64,000 bases of DNA from Azolla caroliniana (taxonomy: Eukaryota; Plantae; Polypodiophyta): the NCBI GenBank assembly GCA_043228905.1, contig JBHGNT010000005.1, positions 13,082,001-13,146,000 on the forward strand, written 5' to 3'. The notes under the pieces are model-generated. The model saw only the letters and a program-made list of their open reading frames with translations. It searched no databases and was not told the origin of the DNA. The translations under genes and the position numbers were made by a program. Each line of letters begins with the position of its first letter. Position 1 is the first letter of the stretch. Shown one piece after another: positions 36,250 to 48,690 of this stretch.

Positions 36250-39200
36250 TTAGTTATTCCACGTTGCTTCTGGTGTCATTTTCTTCAGGAACCTACTGAT
36301 CTTGAGCCACTCCCCGTCGTACTCGCCTTCGTGAAATTCGTTATGCGCTAGAGGGCTCCTGTCCCTCGTTATGTATGCCATCTCGAAGAAGTCTACGCCG
36401 ACTTCCTTGTCCTCCGAAACCATGTCGTCCTCTTCGTTGAACCGTGCTCTCGAAAGCATGTTGGCCATGGCGTTGTCCTTCCCGGAGTTGTGCCATATCT
36501 CCGGATTTAGGGACTTGATGTACGCGATCCACCTGAGCATTACCAGGTCTGGAGTCGCGCATCCGGAAATCATACCGAGAATCGGTAGGCAGTCCGTCTC
36601 GATTATTACCTCCATCCCTATAAGATAATCTTTGTCGGCCTTAACCATCGAAACGAATCCCCATAGTTTGCGCTTAACTTGGGTGTATCCTCGTTGTTGC
36701 TCATTGAGAACCTTCACCCCGAACCGGACCTGGAACCGTGTGCCACTCTCGTCCTCTTGATTGATCAGCCATCTGATTCCGGTCGGGCTTGTGTCAACGG
36801 TTACGTAGATGTGGACCTCCTTGCCGTAGACCGCTTTCCTGAGAGCCGGTGTTGCGGTAAACGCCTCCTTCAGTCTCTGGACCGACTCCGTATGCTCCTT
36901 GCCCCATTCAAATTTGTGCCCCTTCTTCAGCAACCCGTAAAGTGTTTTCGCGACGTGTGCGTAGTGCGGAATCCAGATGTGGTAGAAAGCGCACGCACCT
37001 AGGAACCTTCAGTCTCCGGACCGACTCCGTATGCTCCTTGCCCCATTCAAATTTGCACCCCTTCTTCAGCAACCCGTAAAGTGTTTCCGCAACATGTGCG
37101 TAGTGTGGAATCCAGATGTGGTAGAACGCGCACGCACCTAGGAACCTCCGCACCTCCGTAACCGACTTGCACTCTTCCTTTATTACAGAGATGGCTTCTA
37201 TCTTTGCCGGAGATGATTTCCAACCGTAGGGCCAGCACAGGTGACCGACCACTAGGATCTCCTATTGGCCGAACACTGATTTATCGCCGAAGAAGGTGAG
37301 CCACACGTCCTCCAACCTTTGCAGCACCTTCTTGCAGTCATTAATGTGGTCCGCGACGAACCTTCGGCATCCGTCCGGCCCAACCGCCTCGTCCTTATCC
37401 TCCACCGGACATCCTTTGATCGGGATGTCGTCCAGGAATGACATGGTGATGTCCGGGATGCAATCCCTCAGCACCTTGTTCATTGCATTCACCATGTGCG
37501 CCACCAAGTTCGTCCCTCCTTGCGGCAAGGTAGACATCTGCACTAAGCCGAGAGGGGTCCGCATCGTCGTGATATCCTTGCTCTCCACGGCTAGTTAGAA
37601 CTAATCGTACCCCGAGTACAGATCACCGACCGAATAGATTGACCTTCCGGAGAAGGCTTTCGCGAACTCGTCTATCCTTGGTCCGATACTTGCATTACAA
37701 ATGGTCACCATGTTGACCGGTTGCAGGTCCTGAATGAAGCGCAGCGTGTCATTCTTCTTCGGCATGGTAAACCACTGATTCGAATATGGGGCACTCGACA
37801 GTTCGAAGATGCCCATCTCCACTTTATGCTTCAGTAGCTCCATCAACTTCGGGAGGTGAGCTCTGGGTACTGGAATCGGCTTGAGATTCTACGACACATA
37901 CGGCACTGTGAATATCACCATCAGCTCCACGATCGTCGAGTCTATGCAGCCGATCTCCTCCGGTGAGAATGTGAAGGCTTTCCCATGCCTTCCGAGCATC
38001 CTCCGAGACCAGTCCTCCTCCGCTGGCAGTAGAAACCCAACCCCACCGACCTTGAGCTCCCGTAGCGGTATGCCGGTGAATCGGTGCCCTATGCCGACCG
38101 GTTGCCGTAAACTTGGGTCCGACACGACCCCCTTTATTCGCTCTTCGCTGCCCTCCGACAAGGGTGCCACGACTGGCCTCACCTTCCGGTCCACAGTCTT
38201 GTACCTGGTATCCACTTAGGTCGTCCGACCGGACCGGACCCTTTCCCCGAAGTCAGCGATGACTTCGTACATCTCCACTGAACTAACTGGCACTGCCCGG
38301 TCTTCACTAAGGCCTCCTTCGACAACCTCGCGCAATTCCCCCAAGGTGTCATCAAAGGAGACCGCCTCCACGGCGCTACCAATCTCTTCGCCAGGGCCGA
38401 GGACTCCATACGCCCTAAGTCTTCCTTCCGCCCGCTTCTTTTCCTGGCCACTGATGTCGGCTATAGTACAACCTCCGTTATCGGAGAACCAAAATTTCCT
38501 ATCTATGGGTACATGTGTGGGGTTCTTTTGGGGTGTCCGGACTATCGCGGCCCCACAACTTGATAGCCCTCTCTAAAAATCCCCTCGGCCCTCGCCGCCG
38601 AGGGTCTCACAGTTACGCTCATGGTTCGGCCTCACCGTTAAAAATTGAACAGAGTGTTGTCTGTCCTAGCTCTTCATGTGCGCGTACGCCGATCCGTTGT
38701 TAAGCACCTTCGTTTCCATCCGTGCCGCTGTAATGTATGGCTCGCCGAGTATCATCGGGTGTGAGGAGGTCTCTTGCACAAAGAAGTGTTGATCTATTTC
38801 AACGTCATTGATCTTTATGCGCACATTCAGGCACGCACCATGCAGCTCCTCCATAGCGCGTGTCGCCGTGCGTATCTTCCACCCGTGCTTGGTGTTGATC
38901 GTCCACTTCCTCTTTTTGTAGAAGTCCATGGACATTAGGTTGATCTATGAGCCGTGGTCTATCAATGGCACCACCGGCTCCTGCACATCCCCAACCTGGA
39001 CAGGGGTCTCCATAATGGCTCTGGCCCAATGTGGCTTCGTGTAGTAGCTGTCCGCCAACTCATCCTCTAGGGCCGTGTCTTCTAGGTGGTTCGTTTGAAC
39101 CTCCACAGGCTTCTCCGGCTCTGGCTCCGTCGAGAGCCGCTTTTGCTTCACCAAGTCCACAATGGAGTCATGGAACTCCTTCTTGGCGATTCCAAGCACC

Positions 39201-40437
39201 TCCCTTAGCGACATCTCCACCTTGTTGTCGAGAATCCGCTCTTCGAGGACCTTCCGCAGGTCCGTCGACCTCTCAATCTCCGTGCTCAGCCAGTAACCAG
39301 CCCATTTCGTTTTGTCTGGCACCCTGGTGTTGCCGGCATCGTTCTGCTTTGGTCCGACCCGGGTCTCGTACCATTGTGAGGGACCGGCGCCTCCAGCCCT
39401 TCCCACGTGCTTGTCTTCTACTAGAACCTCGTAGTTCAGGCATGCGGCTTCCACGAAGCCAGTCTTTTCTTCAACCGGATCGTCCCATCCGGTGACCTCC
39501 TGGATCCGTTGTTCCGCGCGGTCTGCCTCCTCCTTCTTTAGCCATACCCCGGAGAGGCCTTCCAGCACCAGCGGCCAAAATCCGAGGTCTTTCGCCTTTC
39601 AGCCCTCATCGCCCCCGACCCGGATACCCGCCGATACGGAGTAGTGGACAGCCTCCGCATGTCGCACATCGGCTTCTTCCATCAAGCGCTTCATCCCCCC
39701 GCGCCCGGTGTTCAACTCTAGGGCTTTCCGTGTGTCGCCGGCATGCACCTGCCCATTCCAGAGGTACACCACGTTCGCCCGGAGTGCCTCTGTGAAATCC
39801 TCACATTCTATCTGGATGTGACCGACAACGTCACACCACATGCATCGATGCCCTGTCAGCGGCCTCCGGTCATGAGGTTGATCGCCGTTGTCCCTCCGTG
39901 CTTGTGCGATCTGAAGTTCGCGCACCATTTGCGTCAGCTCTTCCAAAGCTGCTCCTCCGAAAGAGCCTTGGACCACTCCGGTTGAGGCTGGGCCCGTCTC
40001 AAGCCAATTCCGATTCTCTTCCTTCCCAGCCAACACCGATACCGGCTCCTCGAGTTTCCTCGCCGGGACCGGCCCCAACACCATCGAGCCCTCATCGCTC
40101 CACTCACGCCGCTTGTCAAAGCAGGCATAGACCCCTTTGACCATGACCCAGTTGGCCATGAGGCCTTCATCCGTCTCCAATAGGAGAGCCACCTTCTCCT
40201 GATCCAACGCGTGCACCGACTTGACGAACAGCAAGACCCTACTCATGTCGAGCACGATTCGATCCAGAGCTGACAGCCTAGCGAATCGTTGTTCGAATTC
40301 CTGGAGGAGCACTGACGTGTTCCTCCCCTTTCCAGGGCTCTCAACCCAAGCCATGAAGTTCCGCTTCGATAGCTGATGCGAATCATCGTATCCGTACTTC
40401 TCAAGGAGCCGCCCCTCGAGCTCCACCCAAGCTTGGC
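36250..40437 (-). pseudogene. gag-PR and RT-RNase H of element C (fragmented)
   Basis: Motifs LIDHGS, DLYSGYD, LPQGGTN, FLDDIPIKG, VTVDTSPTGI; a ~139-bp tandem duplication at ~36870-37147. Confidence 0.88.
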
Positions 40438-40652
40438 TTTGTTGATCATACGATCGTCGACAAGGAGTGCGCATGGTGTATCATCGGTGCATGGCTTAGA
40501 GAGCATGAGAGAGAGATTAAACCTTCATAACTTAAATTACTATAAGGATTAAAACTTAAATATAACTAAAATATCTAAAACTATAATGAGAAAGGGAGAG
40601 AAGGCTAGTCATTAGGTATTAATTCAAAAGACAAACAAATGTTACTAACATG

Positions 40653-40700
<48 letters not shown>

Positions 40701-41114
40701 AAAGCTACTACTAATTATCATTAAGATTAGGCAAGAAAAGATATTACATGGGGATATGGTCATGAGCAAACTAGTTTCGCCCACTATGGGGCTCATCAGT
40801 GCTAAAATGACCATTAGGGTTGGATAGGTTTATATAAGGAGTTTTAGGAGAGGGTTTAGAGAAATGACAATAGGGAGTGGGGGTGTGTGCTTATGGATAT
40901 GATTTGGAAAGGGGAAGATTTGGAGAAGAAGGAAAAAGATACTATGAGCTTTAATGTGACAAGGGGGAGGTTTTGGTAGAAGAAAATAGAGGTTATAATG
41001 TTGAGGAATAAGAGAGAGTTAGGATATGAAATGTAAAAAGAGGGGAAATATTAAAAGGGGAGTCAAGATTGAGGGGGAAATAAGGAAAATCAGTGAGATG
41101 ATGAGAAGGGAAGG

Positions 41115-41152
<38 letters not shown>

Positions 41153-41870
41153 TAGACATAAGAGGAGTGAGTAGATCTACGAGGATCAAGGGTGGGAAAA
41201 CGTGAGAAAAGTATGAGAGAGAAAGAGGGTAGAGAGAGGAGAGAGATGCACGTGTAAACTAGACAAAGCAAGAAAGAGAAAGGAAATAGGAGAGAGGTAG
41301 GGGAGAGAGACAAGTGTGGGGAAAGAGGAAAAAGAAAAAGGGGGAAGGTTATAGATTTAGGAAGAGGATGGGGAGGGGTAGAGTAAGAAAAAGTAGAACA
41401 TGGGTGAGGGTAGAAAAACAAAAATGGAAAGGTGGATAAAATAGGATAAGAAAAGATTTTGAGAGAGAGAAGGAAAAACTAAGAGAGGGAGAAGTGATAG
41501 CTTAAGTGTGAGAGAGGAAAAGATTTATAGAGAGGAGGGGTGGGGGTAGGGTGTTTAGTTTTTAAGGAATGAGGGGGGGTGTTTAGGGGAGGGGTAGAGT
41601 GGTAATAGGAAAAAGTGGGAGGAGGGGTAGAAAGGTAAATTTGAGAAAGTGAGGGGGAAGGGTAGGAGGGTAATTAAGGGTAATTTAGGAAAAGTAATTT
41701 AGGAAGGTGAGGGAGGGGTACGGCGATAAATTGACAAAGTGGGGGTGAAGTGAAAAGTTCACCAAGAACGATTTGAGCGCACCCAAACCGTTTGATACAC
41801 TTGGTGTGAGCTAGGGAGGGTTAAGGTTTAGGGTAGGGTGGTAATATAAAAGTAAAGGGAGGGAGAGAGG

Positions 41871-41914
<44 letters not shown>

Positions 41915-41940
41915 CAAGATATAAAAGTAAGAAAGTTAGA

Positions 41941-41979
<39 letters not shown>

Positions 41980-42005
41980 CAAGATATAAAAGTAAGAAAG
42001 ATAGA

Positions 42006-42042
<37 letters not shown>

Positions 42043-42068
42043 CAAGATATAAAAGTAAGAAAGATAGA

Positions 42069-42105
<37 letters not shown>

Positions 42106-43641
42106 CAAGATATAAAAGTAAGAAAGATAGAGGAAGAGAGAGAGAGAGAGACAAAAGAGGATATGAAAATAGGAAATAGAGAGAGAGAGAGAGAGAGAGA
42201 AGAAATATATGGGGGAACCAAGAAGTCAAAGAGAGAGGGGAATGAAAAAGGAGAAGAGTGTTATGGAGAGAGAAGAGGGAGGGGTAGGAAATAAAAAATT
42301 AAAAAAAATGGTGAAACATGGGTGAGGGTAAAAACTACAAATAAAAGGAAATCGAGGTTGCATTAAAAAGCTACTAAAAGAAGAGTTAAGGGGAGGGCCA
42401 AAGTTAAACTATGTAGAAATGGAGGAGAGGGGTGGTGGGTAAATATAATCTAAAGATTAGGTTTTTAATAAAAGTGTAGGAGAGAGATATGAGTCAAAAT
42501 ATGAAAAAGTAGGGGTTGAAATTACTAGAAAGTAGGAAGGGTAGGACTGGAAATAGGAAAAAGTATGGAGGGGTAGGGTTGAAAATAGAAGAAAGTAGGG
42601 GGGAATGGTAGGGCTCAAAATAGGTGAAAGTACGGGAAGGGTAGGGCTAAAAATAAGTGAAAGTACAGGAGGGGTAGGGCTAAAAATATGAAAAATCTAA
42701 CACGGAGTGAGTGCATATGTAGGGATGTGGGTGACGAGCATCGTGATTGACAATTTTAGGGTTTGAGATACAAAATGAAAATAATGTCGGCTATCGAATG
42801 TAGTCCCGGACATATACAATGAAAAAGAGATAAGAAATGGGAAATGCATGGCTACCGAATGTAGTCCCATGCTTACAACATAATGGTGTGCAACATAATG
42901 ATGTGCGCTCGGTGTTCAACTCTAGGGCTTTCCGTATGTCGCCGGCATGCACCTGCCCATTCCAGAGGTACACCACGTTCGCCCGGAGTGCCTCTGTGAA
43001 ATCCACGCATTCTATCTGGATGTGACCGACAACGTCACACCACATGCATCGATGCCCTGTCAGCGGCCTCCGGTCATGAGGTTGATCGCCGTTGTCCCTC
43101 CGTGCTTGTGCGATTTGAAGTTCGCGCACCATTTGCGTCAGCTCTTCCAGAGCTGCTCCTCCGAAAGAGCCTTGGACCACTCCGGTTGAGGCTGGGCCCG
43201 TCTCAAGCCAATTCCGATTCTCTTCCTTCCCAGCCAACACTGATACCGGCTCCTCGAGCTTCCTCGCCGGGACCGGCCCCAACACCATCGAGCCCTCATC
43301 GCTCCACTCACGCCGCTTGTCAAAGCAGGCATAGACCCCTTTGACCATGACCCAGTTGGCCATGAGGCCTTCATCCGTCTCCAATAGGAGAGCCACCTTC
43401 TCCTGATCCAACGCGTGCACCGACTTGACGAACAGCAAGACCCTACTCATGTCGAGCACGATTCGATCCAGAGCTGACATCCTAGCGAATCGTTGTTCGA
43501 ATTCCTGGAGGAGCACTGACGTTTTCCTCCCCTTTCCAGGGCTCTCAACCCAAGCCATGAAGTTCCGCTTCGATAGCTGATGCGAATCATCGTATCCGTA
43601 CTTCTCAAGGAGCCACCCCTCGAGCTCCACCCAAGCTTGGC
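39701..43641. repeat. ~737-bp direct duplication (39701-40437 / 42905-43641) flanking a 2.47-kb purine-rich insert
   Basis: Near-identical gag segments (ORFs 39599-40474 and 42791-43762 share sequence). Confidence 0.9.
41845..42200 (+). repeat. Minisatellite of ~52-bp units (ggaaacaagatataaaagtaagaaagatagagga + (GA)n)
   Basis: Four clear units plus degenerate edge copies. Confidence 0.9.
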
Positions 43642-44899
43642 ATCCGGCCAACACCTCGAGCACGTCCGCGTGGATGCTCGGCGTCACCACTCGAGGGAAT
43701 CCGAACAATCGTCTGTCCTCCGGGATGTCCCTCATGATCATTTCGGCCCGATAGGCCTCCAAATAGCTCGTGGCATTCTTCCCACCGAATCGGCCTATGG
43801 TGTCGACAATCGATTCTACGGCCCTATCAAGGGCACCTGTTCCCTCACGAGCACTAAATTAGCCAGTCGACGACTACTGCCATAGCTTCACCAAGCTCGG
43901 ATCCCCTCATCTTCAACTGCTTTGCCGCCTTCTTTCACGTCGGGTTCACCAAATGATGACGCGTTGTTACGCTCTCGCATGTGAAATGAGGCGGGACCGC
44001 GGGGGCCCTGAACCAAGGAGCGTGAGAAAGAAGAGGGAGAGCGATTCACAGAAACACGGGGAGAGAGACGGGAAAGGAAGATTCAATTACAATGTCAACA
44101 ACGATTACAACCGGTAAACCAACAACAAACCCAAAACGGAGGTACCACGCACACACACGGACGACACAAAGAACGCGCGATGGAGCATCTGCTGGAAGCA
44201 CACGGGCTTACATGCACCAGAGGCAACCAACACAGAAACATAGTGGAGAGCAACAATTGAGGAGGAGAGAACTCGGTTCCCAGTCCGACAACACTTCGTC
44301 CTCGCCAAAACGTGATCCCTATCTTCTTCTTCTCCCCTCCCTTTTATAGGTCGCCGAGGAGGCCACTACATCAAAACACATCAACTTTATTCTTTGTCCT
44401 TTCGGACAGAGATACACATCAATTCCCTAGTACATATGTACATCAACCGATCTATTCCTAGCTATGTACAATTCATAAACACACACACACGTGAAAAGGA
44501 TTGGGTCTCGCCTCCTCCCCTTTATTCCTCCTAGGGCCAGTTTTCTCCACGACAACGCATAATGCTAGAGCCCCATGTTGTTGTTGTGTTTGTTGCTTTT
44601 CTAAGGAGATTTGTTGGAGATCCCCCAACAACCACTGATTTTCTTGTTCCAATGTGAGAAACTTCTCTTTCAAGCATTGCAACTCTGAGAAAATGGATTG
44701 ATATTGTTGAGCGCTAATAGTTGCCAGTATGAAGATAGAAGGAAGGACAATCGGTTCAAACTATCATGAATAGTATGAAGAAAGAGAGGGAATTAGTACT
44801 AAAAGATGAGGATTAGTACTAAAAGGGGTGTAGCACTCTCGGGAGAAGGAGAGAGAGAGAGAGAGAGAGAGAGATTATATTTTTGGTCTCATAGGTCAT

Positions 44900-44945
<46 letters not shown>

Positions 44946-45609
44946 ATTTTTGGTCTCATAGGTCATATAAGAGAGAGAGAGAGAGAGAGAGATTATATTA
45001 TCGTCTTCGGAGGTCAAAATGACCTATGAGACCAAAAATATTACATTTCACATGATACGTGTGAAGGTGAGTAGCGACTCTCAATGTTCAAGAACTTTAC
45101 CAATGAATGTTCCATTCGAGTGTGCACATCGTGGTTGTGAGAGAAATTCGTGCAAGGATTGGGCTCAATCGAAGAGATATGGAAAGCATGGTCGAATATG
45201 ATCAAAGGCAGAGCATTGTATCAAAGTGTGATACTTAGAGTCTTGAACTTGTTTAGAGCAAAGTGTGCATAGTCAGCCACTCGGCAAAGAGAGAGAGAGA
45301 ACGATGATAACAGAAGATATATATTATATGAAGAGAATATACAGGAATATCTAGGAGGCTTAAGACTGGCGTTGAAACGATTTGGTTCTCAATAATGCCA
45401 TGTGCCTCTTTTTATAGTGGCTTACGAATACTATTGACATTTCTAGAATGTTCCAGAAAATCTAGAATATACATGGATTTCCTAAGTGAAATAATTAATG
45501 GAAATAAAATTCTTCGTATTACAACGTATAGCTTAATGGTAAGGCTTCAACACATGTGACACAAGGTCATGGATTCAAATCCTTTTGAAGCCATACCATG
45601 CTATATCAT

Positions 45610-47600
45610 GACAACTACATGCTGGCTCGTCATTTGACTGGTCCTTCCGACTCAGCCTCTCATTCGGCCCACGTAGCCGGATGAGATTAGACTCTCTTCT
45701 AGAGTACTGATTTCTTCTTCATCTAGGGGCATCTTGGCGTCACTGGCCTCATCGTTAGAATCCGGAATGGAGTTTATGGGGCTTGGAGACAAAGGTCAAT
45801 ATCACAAAGCCGACTCGTCAAATATGACATCTTGGTTGACTCGGACCTATTTCATTCGGGGGGCTATAACACTTATAACCCTTTTGCTCATCCGAGTAGC
45901 CGACCAAGATACACTTCTCGACTTTGCCGTCTAGCTTCCTCCACTTCTCCTTCAGCACATGCACATATGCTATGTTGCCAAACACCCTTAAGTATGCCAA
46001 GTTGGGCTTCTTTCCAAAGTATAACTCGTGTGGTGACACTTTTCCTCTAGCGGCAAATGTCTGATTTTGAAGGTACATGGTTGTTCTGACCGCTTCGGCT
46101 AAGTAGAACTTTGACATATGCTTCTTCTCAAGCATTTCTTGTGCCACTTCCTCTATCGTCTGATTCTTCCGTTCGGCCACAACATTCTACTCCGGTTTGT
46201 ATCTAGAAGAGAACTCGTGTCGGATTCCCTCCTTCTGCAGGTAGCTTCAGAACTAGTTGGAAAAGTACTATTTCCCACCATCGGACCTTAGGCACTTGAT
46301 CTTCCTTCCGGTCTCCTGTTCGGCAAGGCTCTTCACCTTCAAGAAATAGGAGAAGACTTCACTTTTCTTCTCGATCAAGCACACCCAAGTGTGCCAAGTG
46401 TAGTCATCGATGAGTGTTACAAAGTAACAACTCCCACCAATACTCACATTCTGCACTGAACCCCACACATCCGAATGGATTAAGTTGAGCTTGTTTCGGC
46501 TCCGATGATGCTCGTTGGGGAATGGATGTTGGTGTTGCTTCTCAAATTGTCAAACATTGCAGACTTGGCCCTTTCAGCCACTGAATTTCAGCAAGACGAA
46601 AACAATGTTTTCCGTCTGCATCTCTTGCTCCCCGGTTCTAACGAGATAGGAGTATCATCGCTGGTTTCGACGATCCCCAACTGCTCTGGCTTCTCGAGAT
46701 AGGAGAACCATTCTTCATTGTTCATGATGTGATTCGATGCACTTGAGTCCACATACCACACCTCCTTCAATTTTGAGTTGCTCATCGCCATTGAGTTGGC
46801 TATATGCTTCATGATGAAGGTAGGGCTTTGATCCGGCTCGCCTTGAGCATTCAGTGTAGTATGATCTTTGACGCCTATCTACATCCCCTCGGCTCGACCT
46901 ACCTCTATCTAAGTCAACTTGCTTCTTCTAGCAATCACTCTATCGGTGACCCTTCTGGCCACAGTACCAGTAGTCCATCCCGGTCTTTCCTTACTAGCTT
47001 CCGATGCCGCCTTGACTCCCCCTGCTCATGGAGGGTCTCGAACTGATGTCGGCATTTCAATTATGCTTCGAGTTCGACTCTTGTCGGCTGCCTCCAATGC
47101 ATGCCGACCGCCTCGTCCACTAGTACCACGAGGCCGATTCGCCTCCGTGTACAACATCTTGTTGTCAGCGTGCGTACTCATCGACACACCTATGTGGTTC
47201 TCCTCTACAAGGAGCATCAACTATAAGTCAAAAAATAACAGTCGCTTCTCTCTCGTGCAGATAAACATCCAAATCGGCCCATATTTCTGAGCTAACCCAC
47301 CGAGGCAGATTTGCAGCATCTCGTCTTCGTCCATAGTAACACTGATAGACCCAAGTGTATCACAAATCTCCTTGATCTTTGTGGTGTAGTCAATCACTGA
47401 CATACCTCCTTGTCGAACATTGTTGAGCTCCTATCTAAGCTGCAACTTCCGAGTTGTGATGTTGGAGGCAAATAACCTCTTCAAGTTCCGCCAAGCATCC
47501 TTCAGCGACTTCGTGTCTCTTATGTAACCGAGCATCTGGTCATGGACACACAAGGAAAGACAGTACAGGACTTCACTTATTGCTTGCTCCCAAGATGGTG
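45610..47600 (-). pseudogene. Copia gag-PR-integrase remnant
   Basis: Motifs WYVDSSASNH, IKCLRSDGGK, AERKNQTI, KCILVGYSDEQKGYKCY. Confidence 0.85.
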
Positions 47601-48690
47601 TTAGGATTTCGGTCCCTCCGGATGGGATGATGAAGGCCTGGTGAGAACCGGATGATGAGTACCCGGCAAGGAAGACCCGGTGAGAACCGGATGGTGCAGG
47701 CCCAGTGAGAACCTCTCACCGGATGAAGTGACATATATGTAAATATGTTTCTGAGAGCCCATTGGGGCTATATTTGTAAATAGTCCTAAAGTCATATTAG
47801 TATAAATATGACCTAGGGCAAACACTTTAGTAGATGATGGTGTATTGAGGCCAGTATTGCTATACAGGGCAAAAAAAACAGAGGGAGAGAGAGAGCATGA
47901 GAGTAGCTATGAGCAGTCTTTGTTGTAACCGCCATTTGGCGAGGATCATCCGACAAGATAGATATTGGGGATGCATATCATCCGGGACCATTCAAAGAAG
48001 AAATTGTGGCTATCACAACAGAAATACGTGACAAAGGTGCTTCAGCGGTTCAACATGTTAGATACGAAACCGGTCGGATCGACACTACCGACAAACTGCA
48101 GGTTATCCGGTAAGCAAAGCCCGAAGACGAAGGTAGAGAAGGCGGATATGATGAAGATACCATATGCCTCTGCCATCAGGAGCTTAATGTACGCAATGGT
48201 GTGTACCCGACCAGATATCAGATCCACAATCGGAGTGGTGAGCCGGTTTCTGAGAGCCCATTGGGGCTATATTTGTAAATAGTCCTAAAGTCATATTAGT
48301 ATAAATATGACCTAGGGCAAACACTTTAAGATTATGGTGTATTGAGGCCTGTATTGCTATACAAAGCAAAAAAAACACAAAGAGAGAGAGAGAGAGCATG
48401 AGAGCAGCTACGAGCACTCTCTGTTGTAACCGCCGCTTAGCGAGGATCACGAGGACGAGGTCGTTGCCTCTGCACCTGCATTTTGTATTTCCTCTCTTCA
48501 TAGTGATAGTTCAGAGTCTGTGGGCTCCCTTGGTTTTTCCCTATTAGGGTTTTCCACGTAAACATCCTGTGTATCATTTTCTTGTGTACTCTCTTTCAGT
48601 GTTTTGTGCATACGTACATCTATCTCCACATTCCCATTTTTGTGATTGCAATTCTCAACTAAGTGATCGAAGACTCGGTTGTGCCTGAGC
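47600..48690 (+). mobile_element. Copia LTR fragments with an internal RT piece and a duplicated LTR segment
   Basis: 47749-47945 is repeated at 48248-48450; LWLSQQKYV and YAMVCTRPDI at 47965-48260; similar to the LTR at 23410-23989. Confidence 0.7.

Larger units (their letters stand above)
27500..36250. mobile_element. Putative Sola-like DNA transposon carrying a ParB-like/DNA amino-methyltransferase gene
   Basis: AT-rich 8.75-kb block interrupting the pol frame of element C (TPEATWN | xIRKKAYWFFL); flanked by TAGTTA on both sides; contains a transposase and a divergent spliced gene. No TIRs seen. Confidence 0.75.
26086..44554 (-). mobile_element. Degenerate Ty3/Gypsy element (family C, related to B) expanded by two large inserts
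   Basis: LTRs at 26086-26703 and 43957-44554; TSD ACGT/ACGC; tRNA-Trp PBS at 43935-43951; gag 42910-43900 and 38600-40440; RT-RH 36250-38570; IN 26710-27499. Confidence 0.9.

Noticed and set aside
27500-36250. Helitron, Replitron or CACTA identity
   Set aside because: No HUH/Rep-helicase motifs and no CACTA termini are present; the protein motifs fit a Sola-like DDE/D transposase.
40993-42229. Hydrophobic Leu/Ser-rich ORFs
   Set aside because: These are translations of (CT)n and minisatellite sequence.
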